A stretch of DNA of 64,000 bases from Candidatus Methylomirabilota bacterium (GTDB taxonomy: Bacteria; Methylomirabilota; Methylomirabilia; Rokubacteriales; CSP1-6), in the NCBI GenBank assembly GCA_035764725.1, contig DASTYT010000130.1, forward strand, positions 364-64,363. The letters are read 5' to 3'. Below are positions 16,656 through 25,810 of the stretch, in pieces; the first letter of the stretch is position 1; the number at the start of each line of letters is the position of its first letter. A program made the position numbers and the translations under genes. Below the pieces are notes generated by a model. It was not told the DNA's origin, searched no databases, and saw only the letters and a program-made list of their open reading frames with translations.

Positions 16656-17753
16656 CTAGACGCGAATTCTGACGCCAGCGCGGAGGAGCGCCCACATGAT
16701 GGCCCACCAGAGGGCCAGATAGGTGAGCGCGTAGGCGAGCGAGGCGTTCACGGGCGAGGCCCACGGCGCGAACACGTGGGTGAAGAGCCATGCCTGCAGG
16801 AGCCGCGGCGGCTCCCCCACGTGGATCAGGACGAAGAGCTTCGCCATCAGCGTCGAGAGGAAGTAGAGCGCCAGCGCGTTGACGCCGAACACCACGAAGG
16901 GCGCGCCCCAGCGTCGGACGCCCCTGACATCGATCAGCCAGTAGCAGAACGCCAGCACGACCAGCGCCCAGCCCGCGGTGAAGACCACGTAGGAGCTGGT
17001 CCACAAGGACTTGTTGATGGGGAAGACGAGACCCGAGAGCCAACCGACGGCGAGCCCGACGACACCCGCCCACGCGAGCCCCCGCGCCAGCACCGCGGGG
17101 GCGCGACCGCTGAGGAGCCACTCGCCAGTGAGCACACCCGCGAGCGCCGTCGCCGCCGCGGGCACCGTGCTGAGTATGCCTTCCGGGTCGAACACCTTCG
17201 CCACGCGCCACATGTGCGCCGAGCCGAGCACGGCGCGGTCGAGATAGGCCGCGAGGTTCCACTCCTTGCCGAGGTCGCCCGCGCCGTGGCCCGGCACCGG
17301 CACCAGCATCATGAGGGCCCAGTAGCCGAGCAGCAGCGCGGCCGCCCAGACGGCCTGGCCCCGCCACCCCGTCGCCAGATAGATGAGCGCGGCGACGAGA
17401 TAGCAGACCGCGATGCGCTGGAGCACGCCCGGGATGCGAAGCGTCGCCCACTGGAACCACGGGAAGCCGTTCAGCACGATGCCGAGGGCGAAGATCAGGA
17501 GCGCGCGGCGCAGCACGCGCGGTAGGGCGGCGTCGGCGCCACCACCGGCGCGGCCGGCCAGCGAGAACGGGATGGCCACGCCCACGATGAAGACGAAGAA
17601 CGGGAAGATCAGGTCGGTAGGTGTCCAGCCGTGCCAGTCGGCGTGGCGAAGGGGGGCGTAGATCACGCTCCAGGTGCCGGGATTGTTCACCAGCACCATC
17701 CCCGCCACGGTGATCCCGCGAAACACGTCGAGGGAGACGAGGCGCCCCGTCAC
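16656..17753 (-). CDS. heparan-alpha-glucosaminide N-acetyltransferase-like (DUF5009/DUF1624) integral membrane acyltransferase
   Basis: RLVSLDVFRGITVAGMVLVNNPG..HA.WHGWT..DLIFPFFVFIVG signature. About 10 predicted TM segments. Confidence 0.75.
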   Translation of the reverse strand: MTGRLVSLDVFRGITVAGMVLVNNPGTWSVIYAPLRHADWHGWTPTDLIFPFFVFIVGVAIPFSLAGRAGGGADAALPRVLRRALLIFALGIVLNGFPWFQWATLRIPGVLQRIAVCYLVAALIYLATGWRGQAVWAAALLLGYWALMMLVPVPGHGAGDLGKEWNLAAYLDRAVLGSAHMWRVAKVFDPEGILSTVPAAATALAGVLTGEWLLSGRAPAVLARGLAWAGVVGLAVGWLSGLVFPINKSLWTSSYVVFTAGWALVVLAFCYWLIDVRGVRRWGAPFVVFGVNALALYFLSTLMAKLFVLIHVGEPPRLLQAWLFTHVFAPWASPVNASLAYALTYLALWWAIMWALLRAGVRIRV

Positions 17754-17762
17754 CCTCCTACG

Positions 17763-18782
17763 TTAACTCATGGCCAGCACAATCTTGCCGAACTGTCCCG
17801 CCTCCTCCATCCGGCGGTGGGCCTGGGGCGCCTCCGCGAGGGGGAACACGCGGTCGACCACCGGCCGGAGCCCTCCGGCGTCGTAGAGGCGCAGCATGGC
17901 CTCGAACTCGCGCGGGCTCCCCATGGTGGTGCCCAGCACCGTGATCTGCTTCCAGAACACCGCGCGCGGGGCGAAGTCCTTCACCACCCCGGCGGTGGCG
18001 CCATAGGTCGCGATGCGACCTCCCGGCTTCAGGATGTCGAGGGCCCGCGCGAAGGTCTCCCCGCCCACGCTATCGATGACGACATCGGGGCCCTGGCCGC
18101 CCGCCAGCGCCACGATCTCGCGGGCCCAGTCCTGCGTGCGGTAGTTGGCGCCGCCCGCCGCGCCCAGCTCGCGCGCGCGGGCGAGCTTGGCGTCGCTGCC
18201 CGACGTGACGAGCACCCGCGCCTTGAGCTGCGCGGCGATCTGGAGCGCGAAGGTCGACACCCCGCCGCCGATTCCCGTCACGAGCACGGTCTCGCCGGCC
18301 CGCACGCGCGCCCGGCTCACCACCGCGCGGTATGCGGTGAGCGCGGCGAGCGGAATCGCCGCCGCCTCATCGAACGAGAGCCGCGCGGGCTTGGCGAAGA
18401 CGTTGGTGGCGGGAATGCGAATGGCCTCCGCGTAGGTTCCGTCGTCAGGCAGGCCGAGGATGCGGAAGCTCGGGCCCGGCGCCTCCTCGCCTTCGCCCCA
18501 GTCGAGGCTCGGATTGATGACGACCGCGCGCCCGATCAGGCCCCGGTCCAGCCCGCGCCCCACCGCCGTCACCTCGCCCGCGCCGTCCGAGCCCAGGATG
18601 ACGGGCTTGGCGAAACCCCCCGCATAGGCGCCGGTACCGCTGCGGATCCACACGTCTCGGTGGTTCAGCGCGGCCGCCTTGAGGCGCACGATCACCTCAC
18701 CGGCCCCCGGGGTGGGATCGGGCACGTCTTCGAGCTTCAGGCGGTCGGCGGATCCGGGCTCACGCAGGACAACGGCGCGCAT
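17763..18782 (-). CDS. MDR-family NAD(P)H:quinone oxidoreductase-like dehydrogenase
   Basis: MRAVVL..GEVIVRLKAAALNHRDVW.., GETVLVTGIGGGVSTFALQIA nucleotide-binding motif. Confidence 0.8.
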   Translation of the reverse strand: MRAVVLREPGSADRLKLEDVPDPTPGAGEVIVRLKAAALNHRDVWIRSGTGAYAGGFAKPVILGSDGAGEVTAVGRGLDRGLIGRAVVINPSLDWGEGEEAPGPSFRILGLPDDGTYAEAIRIPATNVFAKPARLSFDEAAAIPLAALTAYRAVVSRARVRAGETVLVTGIGGGVSTFALQIAAQLKARVLVTSGSDAKLARARELGAAGGANYRTQDWAREIVALAGGQGPDVVIDSVGGETFARALDILKPGGRIATYGATAGVVKDFAPRAVFWKQITVLGTTMGSPREFEAMLRLYDAGGLRPVVDRVFPLAEAPQAHRRMEEAGQFGKIVLAMS

Positions 18783-18806
18783 GGCAGGCCTCCTCGCGTC
18801 CGGCGC

Positions 18807-20126
18807 TCAGGCGAGGAGCCGACGGCCCGGCCGCACCATCATCCGGGTCATGGCTCCGCCCATCCAGGAGACGCCGGGCGGCAGCACGATCGACGTCGAG
18901 CGGACGAGATAGGCCTCGGCGTCCCGTCCCGGCGCGGGAGCGTCGCGCTCGCGAAGCGCGCGGGCGGCGGTCATCAGGCGCTTGCGCACCTCAATGATCG
19001 CGGTGTCGCTGGTGCCGAGGCGCTCGCGCGAGCGGTCGACGATCGCCCCCTGGCTCTCCTGGATGGCCTGATCCTGCACGCCGAAGCCCGGGATGCCGCA
19101 GTACATGCGCGTGCGATGCGACTCCCAGTCCATGTGATAGTCATTGGCGCGGTTGGCCGCCGTGCGCACGTCGCCGTAGGGCTCGGACGTCGCCGGGGCG
19201 TAGTCGCACACGTGCGCGCCGCCTCCGGAGGCGTGTACGGCGATCTCCTCGGCGGTGAGCGGGCGCTCGGTGTGCCAGGTCACCATCCAGTTCACCACGC
19301 GCGTGTCGTCCATCGGCACCCAGATGTGCGACTGCACGATGGGGTCGTCGATGTCGGCGGGCGGCATGGTGTGGAACGGAAGAAGGTACTGGGTGATGCG
19401 CCAGTACCAGCCCTGGGGATGCGCGCGGCGCGCCCCGATCACCACCCCATAGTCGGTGTCGGCCACCTCGAAGCGCGGGGCGCGATCGCCCGTCTCCACC
19501 GCCGCGCCCACGCCGAAGCTCGCGCGATCCATCGCCTGCGTCACCGCCGCGTCGTCGTGGCGAACGGGGGCATGAAGAAAAGAGATGTGGCTGGAGTCGA
19601 TGCCGCCCTCCATGGCCTGGAACCAGTTGCACTCCTGAACCCGCTTGGAGATGAACGTGTGGCTCTGCGGGAGAAGCGTCCACTCGAGCTCGGGCAGCGC
19701 GGGCCGCGTGTCCGCCGGCCCCATGTAGGCCCAGATCACGCCGCCCTTGTCCACGCACGGATAGGCGTCGTGGCAGACCTTGGCGGCGAAGGCCGACTCC
19801 GGCGGCTCGCTGGGCATGTCCACGCACTGGCCGTCGAGGCCGAACTTCCAGCCGTGGTAGGGGCAGCGCATGCCGCCCGGCTCGTTCCGGCCGAAGTAGA
19901 GTGAGGCGCCGCGGTGGGGACAGAACTCGCCGACCAGGCCGGGCATGCCCTCGGGAGTGCGGTGGACGATGAGGCGCTCCCCGAGGAGGGCCACCCGTTT
20001 CACCCGACCGCCCGCCTCGACCTCGTCGGACCGCACCACGGGAATCCAGTAGCGCCGGAGCAGCGCTCCCATCGCGGTGCCCGGCCCGACCCGCGTCAGC
20101 AGCTCGTTGTCTTCCCGGCTCAGCAT
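18807..20126 (-). CDS. Rieske [2Fe-2S] non-heme iron oxygenase alpha subunit (phthalate-family type)
   Basis: ATG at 20126 follows GGAGGAG. CPHRGASL..x..CPYHGWKF Rieske motif. NWFQAMEGGIDSSHISFLH mononuclear iron motif. No reductase or ferredoxin is adjacent. Confidence 0.85.
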   Translation of the reverse strand: MLSREDNELLTRVGPGTAMGALLRRYWIPVVRSDEVEAGGRVKRVALLGERLIVHRTPEGMPGLVGEFCPHRGASLYFGRNEPGGMRCPYHGWKFGLDGQCVDMPSEPPESAFAAKVCHDAYPCVDKGGVIWAYMGPADTRPALPELEWTLLPQSHTFISKRVQECNWFQAMEGGIDSSHISFLHAPVRHDDAAVTQAMDRASFGVGAAVETGDRAPRFEVADTDYGVVIGARRAHPQGWYWRITQYLLPFHTMPPADIDDPIVQSHIWVPMDDTRVVNWMVTWHTERPLTAEEIAVHASGGGAHVCDYAPATSEPYGDVRTAANRANDYHMDWESHRTRMYCGIPGFGVQDQAIQESQGAIVDRSRERLGTSDTAIIEVRKRLMTAARALRERDAPAPGRDAEAYLVRSTSIVLPPGVSWMGGAMTRMMVRPGRRLLA

Positions 20127-20218
20127 GGTGGTCTCCTCCGGCGGGGCAAGGGTAGCACGCGCCTGCGGCGTCGGTTTCACTCCCGTGGTCGCGCCGAACT
20201 CCTGTATACTACGCTCAC

Positions 20219-20440
20219 GTGCACCGGTCACCCTCGAAGCCGTTCCGCTGTGACGTCGTGTCTGAGGACGTGACGGTATCGCTCCGCCGCCGCCGGTCGC
20301 TCCTCGGCAAGGGCGACCTCTACGTGCAGTGCAGCGAGGTGGACTGCCAGTACGTCGACACCAACGAGCCGCCATGCCCGCTGAAGCTCGATCTCTTCGC
20401 TGCCGAGATCGCCGCGCGGGAGCGCGAGCGCCAGGAGTAG
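20219..20440 (+). CDS. hypothetical small Cys-containing protein (73 aa)
   Basis: GTG start, high third-position GC, four Cys (C11, C38, C43, C53: ..RCDVV..VQCSEVDCQYVDTNEPPCPL..). It is divergent from the Rieske gene. No family recognised. Confidence 0.4.
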   Translation: MHRSPSKPFRCDVVSEDVTVSLRRRRSLLGKGDLYVQCSEVDCQYVDTNEPPCPLKLDLFAAEIAARERERQE

Positions 20441-20492
20441 AGCGGGACGACGCGCCCCGCGGGGGCCACCCCGCGGACGGTCACCTGGGCCC

Positions 20493-21305
20493 TCAGTCGA
20501 GCGTCACCGCCCCGGCGGCGGCTGCCGCTTCCCAAGGCAGACGCGGGATCTGGGTGGCAAGCTTTCCGCCGCTCACGTCGATGAGGGTGCCGGTGATGTA
20601 GCCGGCCAGATCCGAGGCGAGGAAGCATACCAGGGTCGCCACCTCGCGCGCCTCCCCCCAGCGCCGGATCGTCAGCGTATCGAGGAGCCGCCGCTGATGC
20701 GCAGGAGGCGCCTCCGCGAAGTGATTCATCTCGGTGGGGATCATGCCCGGCGCGTAGCAGTTCACGGTGATGTTCCACGGCCCGAGCTCGCCCGCGAGCA
20801 CCCGGGTGAAGTAGTGCACGCCCGCCTTGGACGCGGCGTAGGCGGCGCCGCCGGCGATGGGCAGGATGGCGGCGAACGACGCGGCATTGATGATGCGGCC
20901 GCTCCGCTGCCGCTTCATCACCGGGATGACGGCACGGCACGTGAGGAACGTGCCCTTGCAGTTGACGTCCTGGTTGAGATCCCAGGTCTCCTCGCTGAGC
21001 TCCTCGACCAACCCGCCCGGCGCCACGCCGGCATTGTTCACCAGCACGTCGAGGCGACCCTCCTCGGCGACCACCGCCGCCACCACCTCCGCGATCCGCG
21101 CGGCGTCGCGCACATCGCACCGATGCGCGCGACCGCGCCAGCCCGCCGCCATCCAGTCCGCGTCGACCGCCTCCAGATAGTCCGGGCGCAGGTCGGTGAC
21201 ATGCGTGATGGCGCCCTCGGCGGCGAGGGTGCCGGCGATCTCGCGACCGATGCCACGGCCCGCGCCGGTGACGAGGGCGACCTTGCCTCGAAGATCGATC
21301 TGCAC
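20493..21305 (-). CDS. SDR-family oxidoreductase
   Basis: GTG at 21305 follows GGGGGAGG. TGAGRGIG, NNAG and YAASKAG motifs. The 5' part of the 368-aa ORF-track entry is rejected. Confidence 0.85.
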   Translation of the reverse strand: MQIDLRGKVALVTGAGRGIGREIAGTLAAEGAITHVTDLRPDYLEAVDADWMAAGWRGRAHRCDVRDAARIAEVVAAVVAEEGRLDVLVNNAGVAPGGLVEELSEETWDLNQDVNCKGTFLTCRAVIPVMKRQRSGRIINAASFAAILPIAGGAAYAASKAGVHYFTRVLAGELGPWNITVNCYAPGMIPTEMNHFAEAPPAHQRRLLDTLTIRRWGEAREVATLVCFLASDLAGYITGTLIDVSGGKLATQIPRLPWEAAAAAGAVTLD

Positions 21306-21429
21306 GATGGAGTCCTCCCCCGCCGGCGATCCGGCGGCCCAGGCATGAGCTGCGGCGTCGCGCGCGGCGCGCCGCCCGCATCGTAGCATCCGGCGTCGCG
21401 ACGGCTCGCCGGTGTAGAATGCCGCCGCC

Positions 21430-22398
21430 ATGCCGCCCACCCTTCTGGTGCTCCCGCCCGTCTCGCCGACCGCGCGGGGCTGGGCCACGCGCCTCGCCGC
21501 CGCCCTGCCCGCCCTCCGCGTAGTGGTCGCGGAGGACGAGGCCGCCGCCGCCGCGGCCATGGGCGACGCCGAGGCGGCCTTCGGTACGATCTCTCCCACG
21601 CTCCTCCGCCGGGCCGCGCGGCTGCGCTGGCTGCAGGCGCCTCAGGCCGCGCCGCCTGCCGGCTACTACTTCGGCGAGCTCATCGCCCACCCGGTGGTCG
21701 TCACCAATTTCCGGGAGATCTACAACGATCACATCGCGGCGCACATCATGGCCTTCGTGCTCGCGTTCGCCCGCGGCCTCCATCACTATCTACCTCAGCA
21801 GCTGCGCCGCGAGTGGCGGCCTCACCCCCTCGACTCGGGCGTCGTGCACCTGCCCGAGGCCACCGCGCTCATCGTGGGCGTGGGCGGCATCGGGGCGGAG
21901 ACGGCCCGGCTCGCCGCGGAATTCGGCATGCAGGTGATGGGGGTGGACGCGCGCCGCCGGGACGCCCCGCCGGGCGTGCGGAAGCTCGACGGCCCGGACG
22001 CGCTCGACTCGCTCCTGCCCCTCGCCGACTTCGTGATCCTGACCGTCCCGCACACGCCGGAGACCGAGGGGTTCATGCACCGCGCGCGCTTTCAGCGCAT
22101 GAAGCGCAGCGGCTTCTTCATCAACATCGGGCGGGGCCTGACCACCCGGCTCGACGATCTGGTGGCGGCGCTCCGCGCGGGCGAGATCGCGGGGGCGGCG
22201 CTGGACGTGTTCGAGCAGGAGCCCCTGCCCGCCGATCACCCGCTGTGGACCATGCCGGGAGTGCTGATGACGCCGCACACCGCGGGCTACGGCCCCTATC
22301 TCGACGACCGGCGCTTCGAGATCCTGCTCGACAACAGCCGGCGATTCCTCGCCGGCCAGCCGCTCCGCAACGTCGTCGACAAGACGCGCTGGTTCTAG
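21430..22398 (+). CDS. D-isomer-specific 2-hydroxyacid dehydrogenase family protein
   Basis: GVGGIGAETARLA NAD motif, ..FINIGRG.., ..AALDVFEQEPLP..MTPHTAG... Confidence 0.85.
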   Translation: MPPTLLVLPPVSPTARGWATRLAAALPALRVVVAEDEAAAAAAMGDAEAAFGTISPTLLRRAARLRWLQAPQAAPPAGYYFGELIAHPVVVTNFREIYNDHIAAHIMAFVLAFARGLHHYLPQQLRREWRPHPLDSGVVHLPEATALIVGVGGIGAETARLAAEFGMQVMGVDARRRDAPPGVRKLDGPDALDSLLPLADFVILTVPHTPETEGFMHRARFQRMKRSGFFINIGRGLTTRLDDLVAALRAGEIAGAALDVFEQEPLPADHPLWTMPGVLMTPHTAGYGPYLDDRRFEILLDNSRRFLAGQPLRNVVDKTRWF

Positions 22399-24212
22399 TG
22401 CCGGCTCCGGCGCGCCTCCGCGCGCTCGGGCGAGACCGGCGGGGCCGGCGCCTCCACGATGGCCGCGGTGCCGTCGGCACGGGGCTGCACCACGAGGCGG
22501 CGCGCGTGGAAGGCCCCCAGCGTTCCCCGGTGGCCGACGCTGAACATCATGGTGCCCGGCAGCCGCTCGCGCATCAGGGCGTAGAGGCGCGCCTCGTTGG
22601 CCTCGTCGAGCGCCGAGGTCGCCTCGTCGAGGAAGAGCCACTCCGGCCGCTGCACCAGCGCCCGCGCGAACGCGATGCGCTGCTGCTCACCGGGCGAGAG
22701 CTGCTGCGCCCAGTGCCCCTCCTCGTCGAGGCGGCTGGCGAGCCCGGGAAGCCCCACCGCCTCCAGCGCCTCGCGCAGGATCTTGTCGTCCATGCCGCCG
22801 CCCGCCCCCGGGTACGCGATCACCTCACGGAGCGACCCGATGGGGAGATAGGGCCGCTGGGGCAGGAACAGCACGCGCGCGTCCGGCGCAATTCGGATCT
22901 CCCCGTGGCCAAACGGCCAGATCCCGGCGATGGCGCGGATCAGCGTGCTCTTGCCCGACCCCGACGCGCCGCTCAGAAGCACCGACTCGCCCCGCGCGAG
23001 CGACAGGTTGATGTGCTCGATGAGGGGATGGCCGTCGGGCCGGTCGATCTTCACGCCCTCCACGGTCAGGCGCGCGGGGCGCCCTTCGGTGACGCGCACG
23101 CCGGTGTCGCCCGCGTGCCAGCGCACCGCCTCGAGCGTGCGGTCGAAGCCGGCGAGCCGCTCCACCACCGCGCACCAGGCCGCGATCTCCTTGTACGACT
23201 GCACGAAGAAGCTGAGCGCGTCCTGCACCTGCTGGAAGGCCTGGCTGGTCTGCATGAGCCCGCCCAGCCCCAGCTCCCCGCGGAAGTAGCGCGGGGCCGC
23301 CACGATCGACGGCACGATCCACGCGCCGAGGCCGTAGCCGGACGTGAAGTACGTCATGCGCTTTTGCCGCCGCATGATCCCCCACCAGTTCGACACCACG
23401 TCCTCGAAGCGCTGGCGGAAGGTCCGGAGCTCGTCCGACTCGCCGCGATAGAGGGCGACGCCCTCCGTGTTCTCGCGGAAGCGGACCAGGCTGAACCGGA
23501 AATTGGCCTCGTAGCGCTGCCGGTCGTAGTTCAGGCGGACGAGGGGACGGCCGAGCAGGTCGGTGAACCACGTGCCGCCAACCGCGTAGAGCACCGCGAC
23601 CCACACCATGTAACCGGGCACGTGAATCGTGGACCCGCCCACGGACATGGCGAAGGTGCCGGAAAGGCCCCACAGGATCGCCACGAATGTCACCAGGGTC
23701 ACGACGGCGCGCAGGCCGCCGGTGAAGAGCCCGAGGGTGTGGGCGGCGAGCAGCCCCACGTCCTCGGCGATCCGCTGATCGGGATTGTCGGTCCCGCGCG
23801 CCATGAGCTGCATCCGGTAGTAGGCGCGGTCGGCGAGATAGGCGTTCAAGTAGCGATTGGTCAGCCACCGGCGCCACCGGATCTCGAGCATCTGGTTCAG
23901 GTACGTCTGGTAGACGGCGAGGAAGATGAAGATGCAGATCAGCCAGGTGACCCGGAAGAGCTGGGCGCGGAACGCGACGATGTTCTTGTCCTGGAGCGCG
24001 CTGTAGAAGGCGTTGTTCCACTGGTTGAGCAGAACGGCGAGGTACACCATGCCGAGCGTCAGCAGGACGACGGCGAGGAGCAGGCCCCAGGCGGCCCAGC
24101 GGTCGTCGGAGAACCAGTACGGGCGGATCAAGGCCCACGCGCGGGGGAGGGTCCGGCGGAGGCTGACGCGCTGGGGCGGCGGGTCCGGGACGGGATTAGC
24201 CACGAAAGGCAT
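22395..24212 (-). CDS. SbmA/BacA-like (ABC_membrane_2) fused ABC transporter permease/ATPase
   Basis: N-terminal TMD ..LIRPYWFSDDRWAAWGLL..LNQWNNAFYSALQ.. is typical of the YddA/SbmA-like family. Walker A GASGSGKST, signature LSPGEQQR, Walker B LFLDEATSALD. ATG at 24212 has GGAGGG upstream. ATG at 24242 is an alternative. Confidence 0.8.
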   Translation of the reverse strand: MPFVANPVPDPPPQRVSLRRTLPRAWALIRPYWFSDDRWAAWGLLLAVVLLTLGMVYLAVLLNQWNNAFYSALQDKNIVAFRAQLFRVTWLICIFIFLAVYQTYLNQMLEIRWRRWLTNRYLNAYLADRAYYRMQLMARGTDNPDQRIAEDVGLLAAHTLGLFTGGLRAVVTLVTFVAILWGLSGTFAMSVGGSTIHVPGYMVWVAVLYAVGGTWFTDLLGRPLVRLNYDRQRYEANFRFSLVRFRENTEGVALYRGESDELRTFRQRFEDVVSNWWGIMRRQKRMTYFTSGYGLGAWIVPSIVAAPRYFRGELGLGGLMQTSQAFQQVQDALSFFVQSYKEIAAWCAVVERLAGFDRTLEAVRWHAGDTGVRVTEGRPARLTVEGVKIDRPDGHPLIEHINLSLARGESVLLSGASGSGKSTLIRAIAGIWPFGHGEIRIAPDARVLFLPQRPYLPIGSLREVIAYPGAGGGMDDKILREALEAVGLPGLASRLDEEGHWAQQLSPGEQQRIAFARALVQRPEWLFLDEATSALDEANEARLYALMRERLPGTMMFSVGHRGTLGAFHARRLVVQPRADGTAAIVEAPAPPVSPERAEARRSRH

Positions 24213-24373
24213 GCGCTTGAAACCCTCCGTGGCAAGATCCATAGTGAGATGTCACGATGTGATCTTACAGGACTCGGCTCCGACAACGGCGATCGGACCG
24301 TCGCGGGGGCCGATTTCGCGGGGGACTTGTGGCATACCTATCGTTGCTGCGGATCCAGCGACGGAGGCTAGCG

Positions 24374-25174
24374 ATGCGCACGCATAGCGTTCCCCTCCTG
24401 GCCCTCTTGCTCATGGTCGCCGGGTGCGCACCGTCGCTGATGCCGCCTTCCCAGGCGGCGGCGGTCAGGCATCGTGACCGCGCGCTCGCCGCCCGCGCCG
24501 ACGCCATCCACGCGACCATCAAGGACTCGGGGCGGACGGGCGCGCTCGCCTACCTCGACGGCGGCGACGGACAGCTGGTCGTGCTGCCCGGAGACAGTCC
24601 CACCGACGCGTGGGCTCGCTTCACCGCCTCGCCCGATAGCGCGAAGTCCCGGGGCACGATGCCGGCCGTCCTCACCTACGTGCACCGGGCGGACATTCCT
24701 GCTCCGCCCGAGGCGATCAGCCTGAGCGCGCTCGAGCAACAGCAGGCGCTGCGGGTCTCGGTGGCCTCGCTGCAGACCGAGCTGGCGGGCACCCACCGGA
24801 ACATCGAGGACCGCCTGGGCGCGGTGGGGCGCGAGCTGCGCGAGACCATCGAGACGAGCCGGCGCGAGGCCGACGCCGCCCAGGCCGCCGCGCGGGCCGA
24901 CGTGCAGCGCGCCCTCGGCGCCTTCGCCGACGACCTGAACAGCGTGCGCCGGCTCCTGCTCCAGACCGCCCAGCTCGGGTGGCTCAATCACGAGCTCGCG
25001 GTGGAAAACGCCGGCGGCGTTCGCAAGGTGGCCACGGCCAGCCAGGAGCTCGCGGCGAGCTCGGCGCGGCTCGAGGACACGATGCGCCAGCTCTCGGACA
25101 CCCTGGCCGGCCAGCTCAAGGAGCTGGCGGCCCGCCTCGACAACATCCAGGGCAAGGTCACGAGCCTGAAGTGA
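24374..25174 (+). CDS. lipoprotein with a long coiled-coil region, function unknown
   Basis: ATG at 24374 follows GGAGG. Lipobox LLMVAGC. The C-terminal two thirds are heptad-like, Ala/Leu/Glu/Arg-rich. Confidence 0.6.
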   Translation: MRTHSVPLLALLLMVAGCAPSLMPPSQAAAVRHRDRALAARADAIHATIKDSGRTGALAYLDGGDGQLVVLPGDSPTDAWARFTASPDSAKSRGTMPAVLTYVHRADIPAPPEAISLSALEQQQALRVSVASLQTELAGTHRNIEDRLGAVGRELRETIETSRREADAAQAAARADVQRALGAFADDLNSVRRLLLQTAQLGWLNHELAVENAGGVRKVATASQELAASSARLEDTMRQLSDTLAGQLKELAARLDNIQGKVTSLK

Positions 25175-25788
25175 GGCGTCTGTCCCTCGCGTTCGCGCTG
25201 CTCCCCCTGCTTGCGGCCCGTCCCGCCCCCGCCGGCGAGTGGGAGACCCTGCGCGACAACTACGACGGGGCGCTGAAGACGTATGCCCGGCGGATCGCGG
25301 AGATCGAGGCGCGGGAGCGCGCGATCCAGGATCCCACCAAGCGGGCCGACAAGCTCACGCGCGACCGGATCGCGAGCCTCGACCCCTCGCTGAAGAGCGG
25401 TCCCCGTCCCCGCAGCCTCGCCGAGGCGACCGACCGGGCCGCGGCGGACCCGAGGGCCCTGCCCGAGGTCTCCCGCCTCCTCGGCGAATATCTCGACGGC
25501 GCGGGCGCGGAGTGGCAGGCCGACGGCGCGGAGCGGCGCAAGATGCGGGATGCCCTCGCGGCCCTGCAGAAGAGCCTTGACCGCGCGGGCGCCAGCCTCG
25601 ACCGGGTCACCGAGGTCGCGGCCGCCACCAAGCGGCGCGTGCCCCAATCGGGAGTGCCCGCGAAGATCGCGCACATGGAGGCGGAGGCGAAGGCCCGGGC
25701 GACGTGGCAGCAGGAGCAAGCCACGCGCGATCGCGAGCGCAAGGAGCGGGAGCGTCAGGCGGGGGAGCGCGAGCGGGGCGTGCGCTGA
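25171..25788 (+). CDS. secreted coiled-coil protein with an Arg/Glu-rich tail, function unknown
   Basis: GTG start overlaps the upstream stop (GTGA). Signal peptide VRRLSLAFALLPLLAARPAPA. The C-terminus is QQEQATRDRERKERERQAGERERGVR. Confidence 0.5.
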   Translation: MRRLSLAFALLPLLAARPAPAGEWETLRDNYDGALKTYARRIAEIEARERAIQDPTKRADKLTRDRIASLDPSLKSGPRPRSLAEATDRAAADPRALPEVSRLLGEYLDGAGAEWQADGAERRKMRDALAALQKSLDRAGASLDRVTEVAAATKRRVPQSGVPAKIAHMEAEAKARATWQQEQATRDRERKERERQAGERERGVR

Positions 25789-25790
25789 TC

Positions 25791-25809
25791 GCGCGCTCGC
25801 CGAGCGCGC
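25791..25809. terminator. perfect 19-nt palindrome filling the 22-nt gap between two convergent stop codons
   Basis: gcgcgctcg-c-cgagcgcgc lies between TGA (25786-25788, + strand gene) and TAA (25811-25813, - strand gene). No U tract, so terminator function is only inferred. Confidence 0.3.
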
Positions 25810-25810
25810 C

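Noticed and set aside
17631-19904. 757-aa plus-strand ORF
   Set aside because: It is antisense to the MDR dehydrogenase and the Rieske oxygenase, both of which have clear cofactor motifs. It has no motifs of its own.
24316-24340. TGGCAT...TTGCT sigma-54-like sequence upstream of the lipoprotein gene
   Set aside because: The spacing between the GG and GC dinucleotides is 13 nt rather than 10 nt.
21813-24371. 852-aa plus-strand ORF
   Set aside because: It is out of frame with the 2-hydroxyacid dehydrogenase and antisense to the SbmA-like ABC gene. The composition is Arg/Gly/Pro-rich.
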